Assembly (NCBI RefSeq): GCF_002113885.1
Contig: NW_018406415.1
Location: 1,007,735 to 1,071,734 of the forward strand
Length of the DNA: 64,000 nt
Origin: Mizuhopecten yessoensis
Lineage: Eukaryota
Direction of reading: 5' to 3'
Shown: piece by piece, positions 51,858-64,000 of the stretch
Position numbering within the stretch: the stretch's first letter is position 1
Layout: each line of letters begins with the position of its first letter
Notes under the pieces: model-generated
Databases searched by the model: none
What the model saw: the letters and a program-made list of their open reading frames with translations, nothing else
Told to the model about the DNA's origin: nothing
Program-made: the position numbers and the translations under genes

Positions 51858-52349
51858 TATTTATTACATAGAAATATGGTATTTCAAGAAAATCGTTACA
51901 AAGCTGATAAAAAACATGGTCAATGAAAAAAAAATCAAATAAATATATACCAATTCAACCTGACTGAATTTTAAGTTTGCAAAGTATTAGACATACAAGT
52001 AACATATATACATTATATCTGTTACTTTAAATATACTCAATGGATTCACAAGACATTCCTTATTTTACGCCCGCTGAATCACCAAAGGAAAAGAGTAATC
52101 TCTATATAAGATAAGCCCGAAACTGTACGTCACGACGAAGACAATAATCGTATAGTAAAACCTCGTTATACTACTGCCGACATTTGTCCAAAGAAATGTT
52201 GGCGCTATAAAGGGGTTTTGCGATAAAATTAGGTAAATGTATAAGAATAGTCTAACAAGATGAGAAAAAGGGGACGTTGAAATAGGTCGGCGGTAGGTGA
52301 GGTGGACAGTTAAACGAGGGGCATTATATCGAGGTTTTACTGTGTTAAG

Positions 52350-53495
52350 TAATCAAACATAAACTCGCGAAATAAGTATTGGTAGAAAATGTTCCTCTCG
52401 GATCAAACTCTTGCTTTGTAGGGAAAAAAAGAGTTGTCACGAATGGAGAAAATTCCGGTAATTAGTGGTATTCCGCAAGGCTCAGTGCTAGGACCACTTC
52501 TTTTTCGTAATATATATATAAATGATGTGCCACCTGTAACAAGCATGGGAACGGATACTGATCTTTTCACTGACGACACGAAAGCGTTTAAAGTAATAAA
52601 AAAATAAAAAGACTGTGCAGAGCTCCAACAGGATATACTTTCACTATAAAAATTGTCGGAAATCTGCTAACTACGTACGTTTCCACCCCGACAAATGCGA
52701 AATGATGCGTGTGGGAAATATTCAAATATACTCTGGATGAACGTTTGCCGTCATTACTTTTTGTGAATTAGGAAAGGGATATTGGAGTCACCATAGATGA
52801 TAAACTAGCATTTGACAAACATTTATGCGAAAATCTTAATAAAGCAAAATCTAGTATGTGAGTATTGCGGAGAAAACTGGAATATATCAACATTCATTTT
52901 TTTTTATATATATAAACATCCTTAGTAAGACCTTATATTGATTACGCAAACCAAGTCTGGTGTCTTGATTAAAACACCCTTTTAATAGGAATTGAAAATG
53001 TTCAACGTCTAGCGACGGAACAAGTACAGAACAGCTTAAGAAATAAAGATTACCAACATTAACGTATTCCGTCTTTGCGTATTGCAGAGTTATCTTCTCT
53101 TGAGAGCAGGTATTGATTGTTAAGTCATTTGTTTGTGAGAGTACACATCCCTGCACGAACCAATGGCGTAACAATCAATACCTGCTCTCACGAGAAGATA
53201 ACTCTGCAATACGCAAAGACGGAATAGAAGATCACGTGGTGATATGAAAGAGGTGTATAAACTAATTTCCGGAAAATATGACACAGAAGTCGCAAACTTA
53301 TTTACAATTAAAGAAACCTCAAATACAGGAGGTCATAACCTAAAAATAGATATAAAGAGTATACGAGGTTAAATATTAAGTACTCGTTTACACAAACAAC
53401 TGATGACAACTTGAACAACCTCCCGCCAGTGGTAGTAAAACAGTTAAACATTTGAGTACGATATAGATGAACATTGGAAAAATCAACCACAAAAG
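52350..53495 (+). mobile_element. Decayed CR1/L2-clade LINE 3' half (reverse transcriptase)
   Basis: SGIPQGSVLGPLLF, LFTDDTKAF, FHPDKC, DIGVTIDDKLAF, LVRPYIDYANQVW, RGDMKEVYK, GGHNLK, with stops and frameshifts. Confidence 0.85.
53065..53226. mobile_element. TA-flanked MITE with ~57-bp TIRs inserted in the LINE
   Basis: TATTCCGTCTTTGCGTATTGCAGAGTTATCTTC...GAAGATAACTCTGCAATACGCAAAGACGGAATA splits the LINE reading LRLPTLTY/RRSRGD. Confidence 0.85.
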
Positions 53496-53524
53496 AATCG
53501 TTTTAAAGTAAAAAGAAATAGTTT

Positions 53525-54690
53525 AATTTATTAATTGAAATAGTTAATGATATAATAACGGGTAAAATATTCCGCAAGATTATCTAAGCAGGAATGTACA
53601 AGGGTGATCAGACCAAAGTTTGTTGAGTCTGTGTTTACCACCTAATTTGACAGACTATTCCAGGCCTCCACAACCCTGTTGCTGGAGCTGTTACTGCTGA
53701 TTTGTCTGTGAGTCCCCCTTTTGAACAGTTTCTTGTCATTCCCTCTTGGCCTGGTATCATGGCTATGGGTCATTGTAAACATTTTGCTATTGTCTATATT
53801 GTCTTTCCTTCTAGGATGTTGTATGTTTGTATCATATCTGCTCGTCGTCTTCTATATTCTAGAGTCAACAAACCTAGATGGCGCAGTCGCTCTGGATATG
53901 AATTATATAATTATGTCGGGACTAGACGTGTTGCCCTTCTTTTTACGTTTTCCAACGTTTTTATACCTTTATTGGGAGTGTAGACCAAACCACACCGGCA
54001 AAGTCAAGGTGAGGGCGGACTAGTGATTTTTATAGTGTATGTGCTCATATATTATCCACTTATTAAAACGTTCTGAAGATGAGGCCTACAGGTTATTTTT
54101 TTGCTTTGGCTACTGATGTTGATATGTGGTTTTCAAACTTCTCACTGTTCTGTCCATAATAACCCCCCAAATTCCTTCATAGTCTACAGATTGAATGGTG
54201 TATAGCTGACCTACCTGTTTGAAAATGTATTGACGATGGTACTTTATATGTCCGATCCTGAGGTGTTTACATGTATCTACATTGAGTTTCATAAGACATG
54301 TTGCTGTCCAGTCACAGATCGCGTTGAGATCTATCGGAATATATTCTACGTCTTCTGTTTCTCCATTGTTGATTGTTTTGTAGATTTTTGAGTCACCCGC
54401 AAAAAAAGTTTTGAGGTACTGGATAATGTGTCGGGGAAGTCATTTATGTAGATAAAAACGTACCGGTCCTAGTACGCTCCCCTGGGGGACCCCACTTGTG
54501 ATATGTACATGTACTATATTGGACGCTGAACCATTCATGACCACCATTTGATCTAATTATGGGTTTCTCTTTGTTCACCAAATCTTGAGAGTTTGTGTAG
54601 CAGCCTTCTGTGTGACACTTTATCAAAAGCCTTGCTGTAGTCTAGATAAATAGCATCAGTTATCTCCCCTTTATCACTTCTAGTAATTTA
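53525..54690 (-). mobile_element. Second decayed CR1-like LINE, opposite orientation
   Basis: The minus strand has IYLDYSKAFDKVSH (~54620-54655), GVPQGSVLGPVRF (~54465-54492), AGDSKIY and a 3' A-rich end near 53525. Confidence 0.8.
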
Positions 54691-54879
54691 GTAGTGCAGG
54701 TTTATATGTAAAGACGGAAAAAGTAACGCACTTTTTGTGGTAAATTTCGCAAAAATCATCGGAGATATTTCATTCGAGTTAAGTTTAACAGTTAACTGCA
54801 CCTCTTTTATATGAAACAGTTTATGAGAAAAAATGACATTGAAACACTAGACGGCGGCGGTGTCTGGAATGACGTCACC

Positions 54880-55720
54880 CATCCCCTATTCTAGTGTCTA
54901 TTCTTGACCGCGTGTGTCCTTCGTGGGTGAAGATCATTGCCCTTACTCTTCTCACCATATAAAGCTCATCAACCTATTTATTCTTTGAACCAGGATGCCA
55001 TTCTTTTCCACCAAAAATGCCGTGTCAGTTTGGTGACGTTTTTTTGGGCGTCGGCGTGTTTTCTAACCCGCCTGTTTTAAGTCCGTCCCACAAATTCCCA
55101 ATGGTGAGAAATATATGTACTGTATGGTGACCAATCAAGTACTGGAACATTGTTTTGTGGTAAAAAAAAAAAAAAAGCACGACACCCCCCTGCTAAATGT
55201 AGCCTGGCATTGTCTTGCCATGAGGTTATATGATTCCGCTGCATGACGGATAGGGGGAATGGCGATCGGCTGGAGGACCTGATCCGCGGTATGTAACGGC
55301 TATGAGATTGACATGAATGACAACGAAGTGAGATTTAACACCAGTAGAAATTCCTCCCCAAACCAAAACAGGCCTTCAAATCGTTCACCGCGACGTCAGT
55401 AGACACGTTGGCGGCCATCGGATTGGAAAAGCGTAAACCGAGACTCGTCAGTAAACAGGTCACGACTCTAAACGGAAAACGGTCCCTGGGGTGAGGCATG
55501 CGTATTGTTCCGTCTTGACGTTACGACGTTACGCTAATATATCCACGTTTGGGACGGTCCGTTAATCGTCCAGTGTGCATAAGACGACTGACAAAACGGG
55601 CAGTAGTTCGTGCATGAACACGTAACTGCTGGACGACGTGACGTTGTGATGGAGCTTGTACATTAGAGCAATACCCCAACCTCTCTCAGCGCCATACGTT
55701 GGAACATTTTGGTTTTTACT
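54880..55720 (-). mobile_element. Decayed Tc1/mariner transposase
   Basis: The minus strand has LFTDESRF (~55435-55458), VWGGIS and QDNA (~55205-55220). Confidence 0.75.
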
Positions 55721-56418
55721 GGTTTTGGATCGTCAGAAAACGTGAACGTTATTTACACGTTGACTCGTACAAAATATCACCAATACCCATATGCATTATG
55801 CTGCAGCTGTCACAACTTTAAAACAGAAAGGGATTTAAGGACACGTGAAGTTACACGAAGAAATATGACTACCGTGCAAAGACAATACAAACCTTTTGTT
55901 GAATCATCTGCACCAAACTGACGTCTGTCTGTCTGCAAAACGGCAGACCGCGGTAACGACCGCTCGGAAAAACCGCCATGTACGGTTATTTCACAGGTGT
56001 ATTTTCATTGTTCCTGGAGAGAGACCGCGAGGACTTCACTTTGTCGTCCTGCATTTTCCCAAACTATCAAAAACCGCATAAAGTATCCCAATTAAATATG
56101 TAGAGCTCTAACAAAGTCCCATCCTGACACAACGTCATCGTAACAACCCTTTGTTAAAAGGACGATAAACATAATCAAACCAAAACCAAACTGTAAACCA
56201 GATTCTATATTTTTTTTTAAAGGTGACGGGATGCTTTGAGTCTGAAGACGTTGGTGCGAACGCTTTGGGAACTGCTGCGTAATTGACGGGACCGTTTTGT
56301 TAGCGGAAGTCTGATGGTACGAGATGGTCTTCGTGGTGTAGTGGAACTGGACTAATTCGATGATTGGCGACCAGGTAGTTGCGTTCGGAGGGTCCCGGGT
56401 ATTCCCGCTCCTGTTACA

Positions 56419-56800
56419 GTGGATTTTACCATTCATGATGTTCTAGTGACTAGGAATTTGAATGAGCTGCGTTATCGAGACGAAATTTTGACGACGGTGG
56501 TATTCCTGTTGTTACAGCGTCATCGCGCTGGAGCTAATTTTCAACAAGATTATGCACCAGCGCATTCCAGTCGCGCCTGCATGAAAAACAATGTTCATGA
56601 TTTGCCATCTAACACGACATGTCACCCAAAGGGCACGCTTTAGATAATCAAAATAAGGCATCTATAATACTATATAACCGAATCGTTGACCGAGGAAGGT
56701 AACATGTTCTCCGCTCAACTTCTCAATCGACTGACAATTTCAATGCAACGACGCTGCAACACTGATTTCGGCACAAGCTTAGGTCATACACTGGACTGAA
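56419..56800 (+). mobile_element. Decayed Tc1/mariner transposase C-terminal fragment
   Basis: NLNELRYRDEIL...FQQDYAPAHSSR, followed by ISMQRRC...GHT. Confidence 0.75.
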
Positions 56801-59800
56801 TTTGTGACTTAGGAAACTCGACTAACTCTTGGTTTATGTATAAGAAAACTATAGCAGCCATTAAGTAAAGACTGTAAGGAAGGACTTGTACCGGCGAACT
56901 AGAAATGTTGCACTGCACGAAGAGAGATTTCAACAAAGACAAGACACCAGATTAAGACTCTGTTGCTGTCGAAAGGAATACTCAAGTTTTCTTTATCTCG
57001 ATATCTGCCAAACGACAATGTGGAGAACAACGTCGTCCAAACCTCAAGCATTATCAGCCAATTGATTAGAGAAGCTAAAGAGAATAAATACTACTGCATT
57101 GAAACATATTTTATTGACACTGAATAGTCGAAGGGGTTGGGCACAAGTTCTTACAACTTACTAGGCCCTATCCCATACAACTTGACAGTGGCATGATCAG
57201 ACAGTACAGACGCTTGTGGATCCGTACCATAAAAATTGAACGAGGTATAGTAGCTCTGGAATATTACCACAATACACATCACACCCTGAAGATAGCAATG
57301 AGTTAATTCGGACGCATAATTTTGCGGTTCAAAGTTTTGGAGAGCTCTACAATATGAAAAGTCTTTGAAAAAGGGAGCGACAGAGTAAACAATTCAACAA
57401 TAATTTCGTCCAGGGAATGAGTATCACCATCAAGGAAGTAGCCAGAGAAACATGAAGACCTCGAATTGAGTATTTCATCTATCAACAAGACAGCAATGGC
57501 GTCATGGACAACATGACAATCACTACAACGACGCATGTCCAGGCGGATGTCGTCACGCTGGGGGAGGTTGTGATATGGGCGTAGATGCAATTCAAACATC
57601 GCACATCACGATGTAAATTTTTACAGAATGGTAGGCTAACTCGGCAGTACATGTCCAGCATGGAGAAATACCATTCATCCCTGGAAATTACATCAAGTGT
57701 CCACAGGAAAGATTTTATAACGAAATCGGCGACAACTAACATGGACTAATGTACTAGTATGACTTATGATATGAATATATGGACAATGATCTGAATATAG
57801 AGGCAACTATGTATGCGTTCAGAATGAATAAAGAAGCTAAACTAAGTTAGAACCAATGAAAACACAGAACTAAGTGTACCCGTGGATGGATAGGTTTCAC
57901 AAGCCAATACGTCCAGGGAAGTACACGATATCGGTATACCAAAATGGCATTCTGGTAGGGCTAACATGGCTGCTGCGGTTGTATAAGATATCAATGTAAA
58001 CAGTGGGAAGCCTCATGGAGCGGTAAATGGGTACATGAGGAAGTGACCTGAGGTGCTATCAAGCTTCATATCGGTCCTCGTGATCGGTAGAACTACAACT
58101 ACGGTGGAGATCAGTAGTTGAGTAGTTTTTAGTAGCGGAATGATGTTGATGTCGCTAGGGGATTCCAAAGTTATAAAGTTCAGCAAAACATGACACATCC
58201 AAGAAGTGTTCAGGGAGTATTGTGGTGGGGAAAGGTTATAATATAGTGGAGTTGAGGGATTTCATCGGGAATACATGTGTCACACGTCAAGGAATGCGCT
58301 CTCTCCATTTTCGGCACCGTGAGAAGGCCGTGGACGGCAAAGAAAAATAAATCAGAAGAGTTGATGAGGAAAGAGGAAGAGAAACTCTGTGAAACTCGGC
58401 AAGCAGTAAGCTGGGACCAAGTGGAACCTCCCGGAGAGGAATATGACATGGGCTTCAGCCTTTAATAGTTCTATTAGGTCTGGCAGTAGATCCCTGCTGT
58501 AAACTATGTGGATTAGGGTAGACCTAGACAGGAAGATTCTGGCCCAAAGCCTGATATTGTATTATAGTGAGAACAAGCCAGACCGTCATCACCAAAATCT
58601 AATTATAATCGTACTGGGAGAAGAAAGACTGCGAGAGTAATCTCAGCTAAGTATGATAATGTTGTTTGAAAAACGCACGTTTCCATTGGAGGTTGGTTGA
58701 ACATGTTTCCCTGTACAATCGCTTTTGCAAATGGTTCCCGTTGACTGTGGTATCTTTAAATTCAAAACTATAGCTATCAAACGATCGGGAGCAGTTGTTA
58801 AAGCGCGTCATGCCGACTATGACGCCGACGAAAAGAACCGTTATTTAATGCTGATATAGACGAGTATTAGTGTGGCCACCACTACTAGCCCACCAGCCGC
58901 AGGATGTTGCAAATTAGTCTCAAAACACCAGAAGTGGGCTGGTTACCAACTGATGACGTGATAGGAGGTTTGTGTCCAGACTAATGTAGTATACAGCGTA
59001 TATTGACTTAAACCTCTGCAAATCATATACTAAGCATAAACTTGCACCTCTTGCACGTATTAATATGTCACAATGATGAACCATGGGATCGTTTCCTTCT
59101 GACGTTGCGGGGGAAATGTTCCCTTTAACATACATTGTAGGTAGAGAGCTGGACTACTAGCAACAATTCACAGTCTCTGATGTCAAACTCCTAACGTGGG
59201 TACTTCTAAAAACTATTCTGGGTTACGAACAAACTGACAAACACTTCAATATAATTTGACTTGCATTGTTCAGTAAAAAAAATAAAAAAATGAAGAAGGT
59301 GGGATGCAACTTGTACTTTAACAATATTTAAAATAGTCCGGCATGTCAGCATACATATGTACGTAGGACTTGGTCAGCCATTCAGCGCATTCATTATACG
59401 ACCATATCATTTCGACAAAATACGTAGAATCAGGAAGTATTTCCTTTTTTGGTGAAATATTCTATCATAATTATCTATCATTTAAGTACCTTGATAACAG
59501 ACGGAGTATCTTTCTTACTCATGAAAAACAAAGTCCATGGTATGTAGTCGTAGATTATCTAGGCCAAGGTCAGGGGTCGTACCAGCTGACACTGGATATA
59601 GTGGCGACCCAACGACAATTTGTTAAATTTTATGAAAACCCGTTACACAAAATCTAAACTTGGACGTGACTTACACTTCAGGGGAGTACGTGTCCTTAAT
59701 GGACCCCGTACGTTACCTGGCACACCTACGACATTCCTTGATTTACCCGAATGATCTGCATTTTACGCGGGTCACAAACTGTGCCAAATGAAGTTGTCAT

Positions 59801-61315
59801 GAAGCTAGCTAGTTTTACTGGGTTTCTAGCACTGTTACATCTACTTGGATAATAATGTTTGGCATAGAAACTGCACGGTATCATTAGGTTGGTATCAATC
59901 TATAATGTTAATTTATGAACTGAATCTGTAGTTACTACTGCTTGTCAGATTAATCTACATACTTTAGTTGTCTGGTTTCGAATACGTCAATATATGTTTT
60001 TCCTCGTTTTTGAACGTTATGTAACGAAATGCCTTTGTGCAGGAGGAAATTTCATTTAAAACCTCTCATATAACTCAAACAACACTTATGCAAGCAAAAA
60101 GGATAATAAAGGTAACACAGGTAAATTAAATGTCAAAAAGGAACAACCGGAAAAGGTGCGATAAAACTAAAACCCTGTCTCGAGGTAACAAATCAGTACT
60201 TCCGCAGTGATTCCTTTGAAACGAATTTTCATATTGTTTATGTGGTAAAAAGACAGATGGAATGTCGACACATTCAATCACGGAGCTTTATGCTTTGAAC
60301 GGGTTGTCCCTTACAATGTCATGTTATCAGCTTTCACGTGTAAGCAAATTGTTACGGTGTGAAGTTATGAAAAATAAAGACAAATACAAACAGAACTTTT
60401 TATTAACTTTTTGAACATTTTAAACGATATGTATTTTCATTTTAACTGTTTCAATATATTTTATAGACCACTTGGTTCAAAGAAAGTATAATTGATTTTA
60501 ACTGATAACTAATGTCTACATGTGATACGCCTCAGTGACAATATTTCGTTCTGGTCAAATCTGAACCATATCAATAGTGTTTGATATTTTTTATTACCTT
60601 ATAATAATATCCTCCTGCTGACCTTAAGCTAGTGACATAAATACATGTACAAGTAACTTTGAATAGAAGGTCAACTTTAAATGCTAAGGCCCATGATCAT
60701 GATATTTGGCCAGTAGGTACCTAGGATGGTATCTTCAGAACCGTTTAAGTGATGTTAAAATGTTTTGTGTTCTAGTTACCAAATTTGGTCCTAAGTTACC
60801 TATATGTCAGTTTCATGTAACATTGATGTATAAGCTTTAAGTTATCTGTCATCTTACAATGGTACATATTTATGTAATATTTGATAATTAATGACACTTG
60901 CTACACCCAGCAAAACCTTTCATAGATATAAATTGAAATATGAATAGTTAGAAAATAGATTCGGCCGAGTCAGGTCTCTGACACGAGAAGTTACGCTCGG
61001 ACTACCGGTGTACTCCTCTAAGATATTATATATACTATCTGTATAACATTTTGTTATATTGTACTTAATCTGTGGAATTCCTGAATACAAATTAATCAAT
61101 TGGAACAACAACAAGCATCTCTGGGTCATTCATTCGACCATCCGACAACCCAGACGATTTTATTAACATTTTTCAAAACAATCGTCGTTACAAAATGAAC
61201 TCATTGCATGTAACTTTCCGTTGAAAATGTACATAGCCTACATGAGAATGGATCAATAAATAATACGAAGAAAATGAATATCAAACATATTTTTTTATGA
61301 AAAATTAAAAAGAAA

Positions 61316-62458
61316 CTATTTAAAAACCGTATTCAAACCATTATTTTTCAAAAGAATATGACATTTCCAAGCATTCCTTAAATCTGCTGGACGGGAATAC
61401 CCATGAGCCGTAAGGGTATTCCAGAATTGTCGATTCCAATATTCCACCTTCCCCGTATAAAATAATTTGTTGTTTACTGGGACCACACCCATTTTATTGG
61501 CAACAATAGCCAAGAATACGTCATCAAAAACAATATGTTTCGTAAACTGACTTGCAAACATAAAATCCCGAACGAAATTAATTGACATCACTATACTTCC
61601 GGCGCTGACGAATGGTGGGTAAATGTCATACGGGTAATCTGTTGATGATATATACCACTTACTACTTTTAGATCTAAACGGAAACGACCGCGGATTTACC
61701 CATCCCATGTATAGAGATTCATTACTGTTTCCGGTCATCTCTAGTTGCTGTAGTAACAGATCTGTGGCTACGTAATAATCGTCATCAACCAACATGACGT
61801 AATCACATTCTGTACACGAGTTCCCGGCCCAGATTAAAGCACCACGTAACTTCCACGTGTTCATGTAGTAGCTATCCTCGTAGTCTATAAGTAGTATATC
61901 CTTGTGTGTCTTTATTTCTTGTTCAACATCATTATGATACACCTTTGTCCTTCCCAATACAAACACTCGTTTTATCCCGAATACACTCTCCTCATTTGCC
62001 CACGTGTCACGAATAGCTTGTCGAGCTCTTTTGTTTTTTGGTGCTGATTTGATAACAAACAACAATTTTGTACTGTTTGTACACGTCACTTCCGGTTTTG
62101 TGATAAACATATATGGATACACATTGATCATTTTGGGCGTTGTATACTGCGATCCTTCTCGATGATTCCTCACAAATTTCCTCATGTCGATATTCAGTGG
62201 ATATGAAGTATAGTTTGGGTTATTATAAAATGGTATCGCCACTTTCACCTGTTGCTCGATCTGTAGTTCCGATCGCCATCTTGGGTTTTCTAACGAGTAC
62301 AAGGTCGAATTGAACCCTGATAACGCCTCTGCGGCTATACATCCATTTGGCTGAACACTTGGTCCAATATTTAAATAAAACATCGTTAAAATGAGAACAG
62401 ATACAACGGAAAGTAACGACAATGCCATTAGAATTTGCTTCGGAAAACTCATCATCAT
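61316..62458 (-). CDS. GT31 beta-1,3-galactosyltransferase / brainiac-like glycosyltransferase, single coding exon, 380 aa
   Basis: Type II membrane anchor at the N-terminus. GT31 motifs: IKSAPKNKRARQAIRDTW, DYEDSYYMNTWK, VDDDYY (DxD), YPPFVSAGS, FDDVFL. Confidence 0.92.
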   Translation of the reverse strand: MMMSFPKQILMALSLLSVVSVLILTMFYLNIGPSVQPNGCIAAEALSGFNSTLYSLENPRWRSELQIEQQVKVAIPFYNNPNYTSYPLNIDMRKFVRNHREGSQYTTPKMINVYPYMFITKPEVTCTNSTKLLFVIKSAPKNKRARQAIRDTWANEESVFGIKRVFVLGRTKVYHNDVEQEIKTHKDILLIDYEDSYYMNTWKLRGALIWAGNSCTECDYVMLVDDDYYVATDLLLQQLEMTGNSNESLYMGWVNPRSFPFRSKSSKWYISSTDYPYDIYPPFVSAGSIVMSINFVRDFMFASQFTKHIVFDDVFLAIVANKMGVVPVNNKLFYTGKVEYWNRQFWNTLTAHGYSRPADLRNAWKCHILLKNNGLNTVFK

Positions 62459-63164
62459 GTGGTCAAAAGGCCTAGGTCTGCCTGAAAACGCCCCTCCCTG
62501 CCAACATGGCGTTCGGTCAAAGATCTGTTAACAGGGAGCTGATAATGATAACCGATGGCCCTGGTAAGCCACACTGGAGATAAGTGACTGATAAGACTCG
62601 AGGTCGTTAGTATCGCTTGCTAAAGCACGGTTCTTGCAAATTATAAATCCCTATATTTATCTATCGTTCAGTTTATCGTACTGGCTCGTGACAAATGTGA
62701 GTTTGAATGAATAGTTTATAACGTTAAGGAATTTATTTGCATATTTTTTTTTTCATCATACTTCTAGCAGGTGTTTCGATACATGTGCTAACCATGCTTT
62801 GAATGTGATAATGTTATGTTACAATCTTAACAGGAGGGGGCAAATATACAGCGAGCCAATCTCCCAAAACTAACAAGGCGTACACATTCATGCATCTGCT
62901 CTTTATCATAAACGCATGGGTCGTACAATATTACGTCCTATCTTCATTAACGCTGTATGTATTGGAAACACATTTTATTTTTGAAAATCCATTTTGCTCT
63001 GACTCGTGTCACTTACTTTGTGGATTAACGCTGTGCATACCAGATTTTCGTTTTATATTCATGTGGGTAACCCGACAAAAAATTGTTATAAATATAAAGC
63101 TAATAATAGGCAAACGTATATTAAATGTACATATTGCATCTCTTGCACCAAAACTAACATTTTA

Positions 63165-63390
63165 TATCAATATGAGGACGTCGGTGACTCGGGAAATTAC
63201 CAGGAAGAATCGCAGCATACCATCAAAACCGGAAGTTAAATGTACAAACAGTCGAACCAAACAACAAGATAATTCTGTCAAATATATTGTTTTGATGGCG
63301 TGTTTTTTGGCCATTGTTTCCAAAAAGCTGGCCATTGCGACGATAAACAACACATTGTTTGATATAGGGCCGTGGCTAACGCGTATTTGT
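63165..63390 (+). pseudogene. Inverted, internally deleted duplicate of the adjacent GT31 gene
   Basis: NMR...KPEVKCTNS matches DMR...KPEVTCTNS of the neighbour and is then joined almost directly to YIVLMACFLAIVSKKLAIATINNTLF, matching HIVFDDVFLAIVANKMGVVPVNNKLF. The catalytic middle is missing. Confidence 0.7.
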
Positions 63391-64000
63391 TTAACGAACA
63401 TATTTTCCCAGTAATATTTTGTAGATTTGTGAGAGAACCGGAAATGAGATTTTGTCTGTGGATATAAAGGCAAAATCGGATCATGAAACCATGAATGAGA
63501 CTTTCTGCACACAGTTCAACACAGCGTGGAATATGTTTGAACGGAACTTTGTTATATATCTTAAAACATATTAAAAAGATGCATTTCAATCCTTATTTTT
63601 GCGTTTAAAACAACTAAGAACATTCTATTTTATCTTGCGGTGAGTTGTTTTTTCTAAATTGTGGAAACACCGTTTTCGTGAGAACGAGGTTTTTAGTTCA
63701 ATGGTACAAGTTCCGTCGGGTATTAAACATCGTGCGGATTCCACTCGGGAATGTCCGTCAGAATGAAACGTCATGATTGATTCCCGATCAATCTAACAGT
63801 ATGACGGAAAGACTTGAAAAGTTACCGACTGGAAAGAATTCACGTGCAATAGTGAAAATTATGTCATTTTTAGATAAGTCATTGGCACAGCTATTCAACC
63901 GTAAAATCGTTTTCATTTTAATTACTGACCTGTTGGATCATGAAAGTTGTTTTGTTTAGGACATCTCTTTTGATGGCCATGAAAGTCATTGTAAACTGAT

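Noticed and set aside
56900-58700. Coding-like, higher-GC segment with several short ORFs
   Set aside because: No diagnostic motif could be recognised and all frames are interrupted; probably a decayed retroelement but not classifiable by eye.
63777-63959. Short ORF faintly reminiscent of a TIR-domain segment
   Set aside because: Similarity is too weak, there is no ATG or splice support, and it lies near the window edge.

Overview
Eukaryotic, AT-rich, intron- and repeat-rich DNA with two N gaps (3501-3752, 6068-6188). The repeat landscape is most consistent with a bivalve mollusc (inference). Five protein-coding genes could be assembled by hand from splice sites: a securin/PTTG1-like gene (+), SFR1/Mei5 (-), a C-factor/CsgA-like short-chain dehydrogenase (+, head-to-head with SFR1), ERGIC1 (-, 9 exons) and an intronless GT31 beta-1,3-glycosyltransferase (-). 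The GT31 gene sits next to an inverted, internally deleted copy of itself. The rest is mobile DNA: a solo LTR, Helentron-type HINEs, MITEs, SINEs, and decayed CR1-like LINE, Tc1 and Mutator-like transposase sequences. Most unusual are small TG...CA elements carrying RNA polymerase III promoters: a 460-bp element with 5S rRNA-derived terminal inverted repeats, and a TRIM-like element with tRNA-derived LTRs whose 5' LTR appears to have seeded a 2.45-kb minisatellite abutting an ERGIC1 splice acceptor.
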